Below are positions 56,173 to 64,000 of a DNA stretch of 64,000 nt, piece by piece. Numbering within the stretch: position 1 is the stretch's first letter; each line of letters begins with the position of its first letter. Location of the stretch: the NCBI GenBank assembly GCA_964016885.1, contig OZ024759.1, forward strand, positions 16,120,001-16,184,000. The letters run 5' to 3'. This DNA is from Eledone cirrhosa (taxonomy: Eukaryota). The notes below the pieces were generated by a model that did not search any database, was not told the origin of the DNA, and saw only the letters and a list, made by a program, of their open reading frames with translations. A program made the position numbers and the translations under genes.

Positions 56173-56470
56173 TGTACATGTGTGTGTGTGTGTGTGTGTG
56201 AGTGTCTTCAACTGAATGTTAGGATGTAGAACATCGGGAACAAATGGGAATTGTGAGAGAGGAAAGAAAAGGAGAAAGAAAGAGAGAAGGGTAGTCAAAG
56301 AGAGAGGGTGGAGATAGAGAGAGAGAACGAGCAAGTGGATAGAGAGAGGGGGAACAAAGGATGATAGAGAGAGAGATTGAGAGAGTAAGAGAGAGAGAAT
56401 TGCAATATAAGTGTAATTTAGGAATTGTGAAATTAGTTTGCAATGTTTATCCTTTTGATCAGAGCTGATG

Positions 56471-56547
<77 letters not shown>

Positions 56548-56570
56548 TGTGTGTGTGTGTGTGTGTAAGT

Positions 56571-56692
<122 letters not shown>

Positions 56693-56754
56693 GTAACAAT
56701 ATATATATATATATATAGATATGTATGTGTGTGTGTGTGTGTGTGTGTGTAAGT

Positions 56755-56803
<49 letters not shown>

Positions 56804-56909
56804 AATATATATATAAATATGTATATATATATATATATAAATATATATATATATAAATATGTATGTATATATATATATATAAATATATATAAATGAATGA
56901 ATATATATG

Positions 56910-57077
<168 letters not shown>

Positions 57078-57969
57078 CATACATACACACACATTATTAC
57101 ACATATATATATATATATTTAAATGTAGGACAACAATGTCGTCTGTCGTGCCTCTTCCGGTAATCTTTCACCGAGAAAAACCCCCTCCGCCTAAAGAGTG
57201 ACACCAACAAATTAAAAAACATAAAGAAAAGCAAAAACAAAGACAAATTGTAAAAAAAAAAGAACATAACTCAATACTTAAGAAAAAGGAATAAATTTTC
57301 CAAAAACAAACAGAAATTTTGCCAATCAAAGAACATATAGATCGATAAATTCACAGAAAGAAATCATTTGATGAAAATTTAAAAAAAAAAGAAATGAACG
57401 TGTGTGTGGTGGGAGAGGGGGTCGTCTCTGTGTGTGTATGTGTGTGCGAGTTTGTGTTTCTGTGTTTCTGTGTGTGTGTGTGTGTTTGTGTGGGTATGTG
57501 TTTGTGTTTGTGTTTGTGTGTATGTGTGTGTGTTTCTGTTGGTGTGTGTATGCGTGTGTTTCTGCTTATGAGTGTGTTTGTGTGTGTATGTTTGTACGTG
57601 TATGTGTGCGTTTCTGTTTGTGGGTGTGTGTGTATGTTTGTGGGTGTGCTTGCTTGTGTTTGTGTATGTGTGTGTGTATGTATGTATCTATGTGTGTATG
57701 TGTTTGTGTATGTGTATGTATCTATGTGTGTATGTGTTTGTGTATGTGTATGTATGTATCTATGTGTGTATGTGTTTGTGTATGTGTATGTATCTATGTG
57801 TGTATGTGTTTGTGTATGTGTATGTATGTATCTATGTGTGTATGTGTTTGTGTATGTGTATGTATGTATCTATGTGTGTATGTGTTTGTGTATGTGTATG
57901 TATGTATCTATGTGTGTATGTGTTTGTGTATGTGTATGTATGTATCTATGTGTGTATGTGTTTGTGTAT

Positions 57970-58087
57970 GTTGGATCTACGTCGGTTCCAACTACAAATG
58001 TCCCAGTTTATCCGGTCAACGGAACAGCCTGCTCGTGAAAATAACTTGCAAGTAGTTATGTATTCCACAAACACGTGTACCCTCAAC
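57970..58087 (-). mobile_element. SINE 3' tail fragment
   Basis: ..GTACACGTGTTTGTGG..TTTCACGAGCAGGCTGTTCCGTTGACCGGATAAACTGG.. resembles cephalopod SINE tails as I recall them; begins with the GTACACGTG motif seen near the end of the 29487-29699 SINE. Confidence 0.5.
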
Positions 58088-58099
58088 TGACAGACATTT

Positions 58100-59045
58100 C
58101 TTCTTTTTTTTCTTCGACCGCTTGTTCCCGAAAACGTCGAGGGGACAGAGTCCTCAAACACTCCCTCCAGCGGGTCCTGTCAGAAGCAACCATCTCCAAT
58201 TGATCCTGCTGGATCCCCAAGCGAGATCAGCCAAACTCATGGATGTTATCCAACCATCTTGCTTGGGGTCTACCCCTGGGTCTCCTACCAGTTGGTTTTG
58301 CCCGTAAAATCTGTCCAGTGATTCTTTCCTGAGACATTCTAACCACATGCCCGTAGTATCAGAGCTGTTATCTCTCAATTTGGAGAAGTAGCGGCTCTAA
58401 CTGGAATGACTCTCTGATCCCCGAGCTACAGATCTGTCCAGTGATTCTTTCCTGAGACATTCTAACCACATGCCCGTAGTATCGGAGCTGTGATCTCTCA
58501 ATTTAGAGAAGTAGCGGCTCTAACTGGAATGACTCTCTGATCCCCGAGCTACAGATCTGTCCAGTGATTCTTTCCTGAGACATTCTAACCACATGCCCGT
58601 AGTATCGGAGCTGTGATCTCTCAATTTAGAGAAGTAGCGGCTCTAACTGGAATGACTCTCTGATCCCCGAGCTACAGATCTGTCCAGTGATTCTTTCCTG
58701 AGACATTCTAACCACATGCCCGTAGTATCGGAGCTGTGATCTCTCAATTTAGAGAAGTAGCGGCTCTAACTGGAATGACTCTCTGATCTCCGAGCTACAG
58801 ATCTGTCCAGTGATTCTTTCCTGAGACATTCTAACCACATGCCCGTAGTATCGGAGCTGTGATCTCTCAATTTAGAGAAGTAGCGGCTCTAACTGGAATG
58901 ACTCTCTGATCCCCGAGCTACGCACTCTATCGAGTAACGTTACTCCATAGACCCTTCGGATAAACCCTATTTCTGGCGCCTGTGTTTGCGGTAGAAATCT
59001 TTCAGTCATTACGCAAGATTGGTGATAATCGGTAAGGGTTGGCAC
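58100..59045 (-). mobile_element. RTE-clade LINE 3' end containing 5 tandem 123-bp repeats (58310-58921)
   Basis: QLRYYGHVVRMSQERITGQILRAKPTGRRPRGRPQARWLDNI..ASDRTRWRECL; units start at 58310, 58433, 58556, 58679, 58802. Confidence 0.85.
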
Positions 59046-59740
59046 GAAAACCGAATTGACGACAGCGAGCGAGTTTGGCTTTTACCCCTACCTCCCCCCA
59101 TCCAGACTGATAAAAAAATTGTGAAATGTCACCTTTGAAAATTAAATGCAAATTAATTCGCCTGTCACAGTTGTGACAGAGCGAGTGGATAGTGGGTGTA
59201 GAGGGGGGGTCTTTGGGGTAAGAACTACCGTCAAGCAAGTGATTCAGCCCTTGATTTCTCCTAAGACTCTGCAGAAGGCGGGCCCACCTACTCTAACCCT
59301 GACCCAACTCGGCTAAGACTCCTAGGTGTCTTCTTGTTTTGATTTTTTTTTTATACTTCTCCGGTGGGACTTTAATTGACTACTTGACTACAAAGACCAT
59401 TCGTAAAAAAACTAACACTTCACATCTATTTAAACCTACAAAACCTGGGTTTTCCCCCTAATGGGAAATATCTATTGTTCTCAACTGTAATCTATATTTA
59501 GCAGCTTGAAATATTCTCCTTTCAGTCAAATCGTCGAAACTGCAGGTGGTCTGAAAGTTGATGAGTGTATTTAAATATTTGTAATCTCCTATCATCCATT
59601 CTATTTCTTCCTACTTATCTATTCTTCAAGCCACTCACTTCGAGCCGCTGATTTCTAAGCTTCGAGGTAATGTTTAACCCAACAGCATGATGGCTTCATA
59701 TTTTTACGCAACAGGCATATTTCGATGCCGTTGTTGTTGT

Positions 59741-59771
<31 letters not shown>

Positions 59772-60059
59772 AGGCTGTAATTAATTTTTACTATTGTTTT
59801 TATTACTGTTATTGATGTAACCGCTCCTGCAGTTGTAGTTATTATTATTGGGTTTACTATTGTTACTACAGTTGTTGTAGTTGTTATTGGAGTTACTGTT
59901 GTTGCTGTAGTTGTTGTTGGTGTTGTTTAGATTCGTGTCACCCTGATCGAGCAAAACATTATGATCAAAGAAATTCCAATTGTAAACAACCCTTCTTTGT
60001 TAGGAATTTCTGATGTGTTCATTGATATTTTAAAACGACAGTAGCGTTGTGATTTGACG

Positions 60060-60224
60060 AGGCGAATTGTCAGAGTTATTAGAACATCTGATAGAATGCT
60101 TAGAATGCTTTGCCGTATTCGTTCTGGCTCACTGCTCCCTGAGTTCAAATCTCTTCGAGATCAACTTTACCTTTCATCCTTTCAAGGCCGATAAAAAAGT
60201 ACCAGTCTAATACTGAGGTCGATT
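60060..60224 (+). mobile_element. Diverged major-family SINE
   Basis: gagttcaaatc B-box + core. Confidence 0.7.
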
Positions 60225-60243
60225 CTTCCTTTCTCTTACTCTC

Positions 60244-60308
<65 letters not shown>

Positions 60309-60454
60309 ATCTCTCACTATCTCTCTCACTCTATCCCACTCTCTCTCTCTTTCTCTCTGGAAGAAATCAGCTGTGTTTAGACCTTCAGAGAAGGGTACCA
60401 CATTTCTATAGGATGAAAGATAAAGTTGACATCACATCCCCTCTCTCTCTCTCT

Positions 60455-60485
<31 letters not shown>

Positions 60486-60648
60486 ACTATCTATCTCTCA
60501 CTATCTCTCACTATCTCTCTCACTCTATCCCACTCTCTCTCTCTTTCTCTCTGGAAGAAATCAGCTGTGTTTAGACCTTCAGAGAAGGGTACCACATTTC
60601 TATAGGATGAAAGATAAAGTTGACATCACATCCCCTCTCTCTCTCTCT

Positions 60649-60680
<32 letters not shown>

Positions 60681-60844
60681 CACTATCTATCTCTCACTAT
60701 CTCTCACTATCTCTCTCACTCTATCCCACTCTCTCTCTCTTTCTCTCTGGAAGAAATCAGCTGTGTTTAGACCTTCAGAGAAGGGTACCACATTTCTATA
60801 GGATGAAAGATAAAGTTGACATCACATCCCCTCTCTCTCTCTCT

Positions 60845-60875
<31 letters not shown>

Positions 60876-61021
60876 ACTATCTATCTCTCACTATCTCTCA
60901 CTATCTCTCTCACTCTATCCCACTCTCTCTCTCTTTCTCTCTGGAAGAAATCAGCTGTGTTTAGACCTTCAGAGAAGGGTACCACATTTCTATAGGATGA
61001 AAGATAAAGTTGACATCACAT

Positions 61022-61067
<46 letters not shown>

Positions 61068-61080
61068 TATCTATCTCTCA

Positions 61081-61146
<66 letters not shown>

Positions 61147-61251
61147 ATCCCACTCTCTCTCTCTTTCTCTCTGGAAGAAATCAGCTGTGTTTAGACCTTC
61201 AGAGAAGGGTACCACATTTCTATAGGATGAAAGATAAAGTTGACATCACAT

Positions 61252-61337
<86 letters not shown>

Positions 61338-61352
61338 TATCTGGAAGAAATC
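60225..61352. repeat. ~190-230-bp tandem repeat, 5+ copies (85-bp unique core + variable (CT)n)
   Basis: ctggaagaaatcagctgtg...gttgacatcacatccc repeated identically. Confidence 0.95.
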
Positions 61353-61588
61353 GGCGGGGCTGGGTTCATACTTGGAGCACCGTCAGGAATGGCGTATGAC
61401 CCCGTGGCGCTCCTGCAATTCCATTAGGAGTCAAGGGTCCATACATACCAATAGCATTGTAATTTGGGGGAGATTTTGGCAGCTATTTCTAGCATTTGAG
61501 GACACCACGTATAGGTTTCCCCGTTGGTTCGACGCTTGTTGTCGTTGCTGTTGTTGTTTTTGTTACTGCTACTGCTATTATTAGTATA

Positions 61589-61982
61589 GGCGGTGGATTA
61601 GCAGTATCGGTAGGGCGTCAGACACCATGCTTTACAGCATAGAGTTACGGCCCTTTACGTTCTGAGTTCAAATCCCGCTGAAGTTAACTTTACCTTTCAT
61701 CCTTACGGGGGTCGATAAAATAAAGTACCAGTAATGTACTGGAATAATTGCTGGCCTTGTGCCAAAAGTAGAAACAATTATTATTGTTATTAGGTGGATT
61801 AGCAGTATCGGTAGAGCGTCAGACGCCATGCTTTACAGCATAGAGTTACGGCCCTTTATGATCTGAGTTCAAATCCCGCCGAGGTTAACTTTGCCTTTCA
61901 TCCTTACGAGATCGATAAAATAAAGTACCAGTAATGTACTGGGGTAATTGCTGGCCTTGTGCCAAAAGTAGAAACAATTATT
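61589..61982 (+). mobile_element. Two tandem major-family SINEs
   Basis: 61589-61783 and 61793-61982. Confidence 0.9.
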
Positions 61983-64000
61983 TCGAGATAAACTCTACAG
62001 GCACGGAAATGTTGTCAAACAGACCTGCCCGAGATGCGAGTAGAACGACGAAACCGTTCTGCACGCACTCCTCCAGTGTCCGTGCATTACTGAACTTGTA
62101 GAGTTATGTCGAACAGCTGTTGTCGCGTGTAGAACGGATCCAGCTATCGGCTGAGTCCATCGGGAAGATCGACCCGCCGCCATCTTTTGGCCAGGAAGGA
62201 AGGGCAGGCAAATTTCCTCCGTCTGGTGGCAGTAGCTAAAGAGGATGTATGGTGGACCAGGTTGAAAAGACTTGACGACAGACACTTTTCTCTTCGGCCA
62301 ATCCCTCATCAACTTTTTCGAATTTCACTTGGAAAGAAAGGTGAGGGTGGAGAAAGAAGTGCTTGTGCCAAAAGTAGAAACAATTATTTCGAGATAAACT
62401 CTACAGGCAAGGAAATGTTGTCAAACAGACCTGCCCGAGATGCGAGTAGAACGACGAAACCGTTCTGCACGCACTCCTCCAGTGTCCGTGCATTACTGAA
62501 CTTGTAGAGTTATGTCGAACAGCTGTTGTCGCGTGTAGAACGGATCCAGCTATCGGCTGAGTCCATCGGGAAGATCGACCCGCCGCCATCTTTTGGCCAG
62601 GAAGGGTAAGGCAGGCAAATTTCCTCCGTCTGGTGGCAGTAGCTAAAGAGAATGTATGGTGGACCAGGTTGAAAAGACTTGACGACAGACACTTTTCTCT
62701 TCGGCCAATCCCTCATCAACTTTTTCGAATTTCACTTGGAAAGAAAGGTGAGGGTGGAGAAAGAAGTGCTTGTGCCAAAAGTAGAAACAATTATTTCGAG
62801 ATAAACTCTACAGGCATGGAAATGTTGTCAAACAGACCTGCCCGAGATGCGAGTAGAACGACGAAACCGTTCTGCACGCACTCCTCCAGTGTCCGTGCAT
62901 TACTGAACTTGTAGAGTTATGTCGAACAGCTGTTGTCGCGTGTAGAACGGATCCAGCTATCGGCTGAGTCCATCGGGAAGATCGACCCGCCGCCATCTTT
63001 TGGCCAGGAAGGAAGGGCAGGCAAATTTCCTCCGTCTGGTGGCAGTAGCTAAAGAGAATGTATGGTGGACCAGGTTGAAAAGACTTGACGACAGACACTT
63101 TTCTCTTCGGCCAATCCCTCATCAACTTTTTCGAATTTCACTTGGAAAGAAAGGTGAGGGTGGAGAAAGAAGTGCTTGTGCCAAAAGTAGAAACAATTAT
63201 TTCGAGATAAACTCTACAGGCAAGGAAATGTTGTCAAACAGACCTGCCCGAGATGCGAGTAGAACGACGAAACCGTTCTGCACGCACTCCTCCAGTGTCC
63301 GTGCATTACTGAACTTGTAGAGTTATGTCGAACAGCTGTTGTCGCGTGTAGAACGGATCCAGCTATCGGCTGAGTCCATAGTGAAGATCGACCCGCCGCT
63401 ATCTTTTGGCCAGGAAGGGTAAGGCAGGCAAATTTCCTCCGTCTGGTGGCAGTAGCTAAAGAGAATGTATGGTGGACCAGGTTGAAAAGACTTGACGACA
63501 GACACTTTTCTCTTCGGCCAATCCCTCATCAACTTTTTCGAATTTCACTTGGAAAGAAAGGTGAGGGTGGAGAAAGAAGTGCTTGTGCCAAAAGTAGAAA
63601 CAATTATTTCGAGATAAACTCTACAGGCATGGAAATGTTGTCAAACAGACCTGCCCGAGATGCGAGTAGAACGACGAAACCGTTCTGCACGCACTCCTCC
63701 AGTGTCCGTGCATTACTGAACTTGTAGAGTTATGTCGAACAGCTGTTGTCGCGTGTAGAACGGATTCAGCTATCGGCTGAGTCCATCGGGAAGATCGACC
63801 CGCCGCCATCTTTTGGCCAGGCAGGAAGGGCAGGCAAATTTCCTCCGTCTGGTGGCAGTAGCTAAAGGGGATGTATGGTGGACCAGGTTGAAAAGACTTG
63901 ACGACAGACACTTTTCTCTTCGGCCAATCCCTCATCAACTTTTTCGAATTTCACTTGGAAAGAAAGGTGAGGGTGGAGAGAGAAGTGCTTGTGCCAAAAG
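61956..64000 (+). repeat. 406/407-bp tandem array of SINE tail + Tx1 subfamily-C fragment (>=5 units, runs off window)
   Basis: Unit cttgtgccaaaagtagaaacaattatt-tcgagataaactc...agaagtg; encodes CPRCE*NDETVLHALLQC and WWTRLK motifs. Confidence 0.95.

Noticed and set aside
60225-61352. CRISPR-like repeat-spacer array
   Set aside because: Spacers are CT microsatellites, repeats are 85 bp, the context is eukaryotic and no cas genes are present.

Overview
Eukaryotic, extremely microsatellite-rich genomic DNA ((TA)n, (CA)n, (GATA)n, (CATA)n, (CT)n, (ACC/AAC)n). The SINE repertoire suggests an octopod cephalopod, which is inference only. Almost all listed ORFs are microsatellite translations, and no complete host gene is visible; one Cys-rich candidate exon lies at 18366-18530. 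The non-repetitive islands are retroelement relics: (1) Tx1/L1-clade LINE copies consistently inserted in (GATA)n; (2) several RTE-clade LINE 3' ends, one with a twin-priming-type 5' inversion; (3) many tRNA-derived SINEs; (4) Tc1/mariner relics and a MITE; (5) young tandem arrays built from TE fragments. The main result is about 17 type-I hammerhead ribozyme motifs (CTGAnGA...GAAA...nTH, some degenerate) in at least 8 distinct sequence families. Most sit in short direct or inverted terminal repeats ending in (TA)n, and one family is physically linked to a Penelope-type GIY-YIG endonuclease fragment. This looks like a dense, diverse community of (TA)n-associated Penelope-like/retrozyme elements. 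All folds were derived by eye and are not computationally or experimentally verified.
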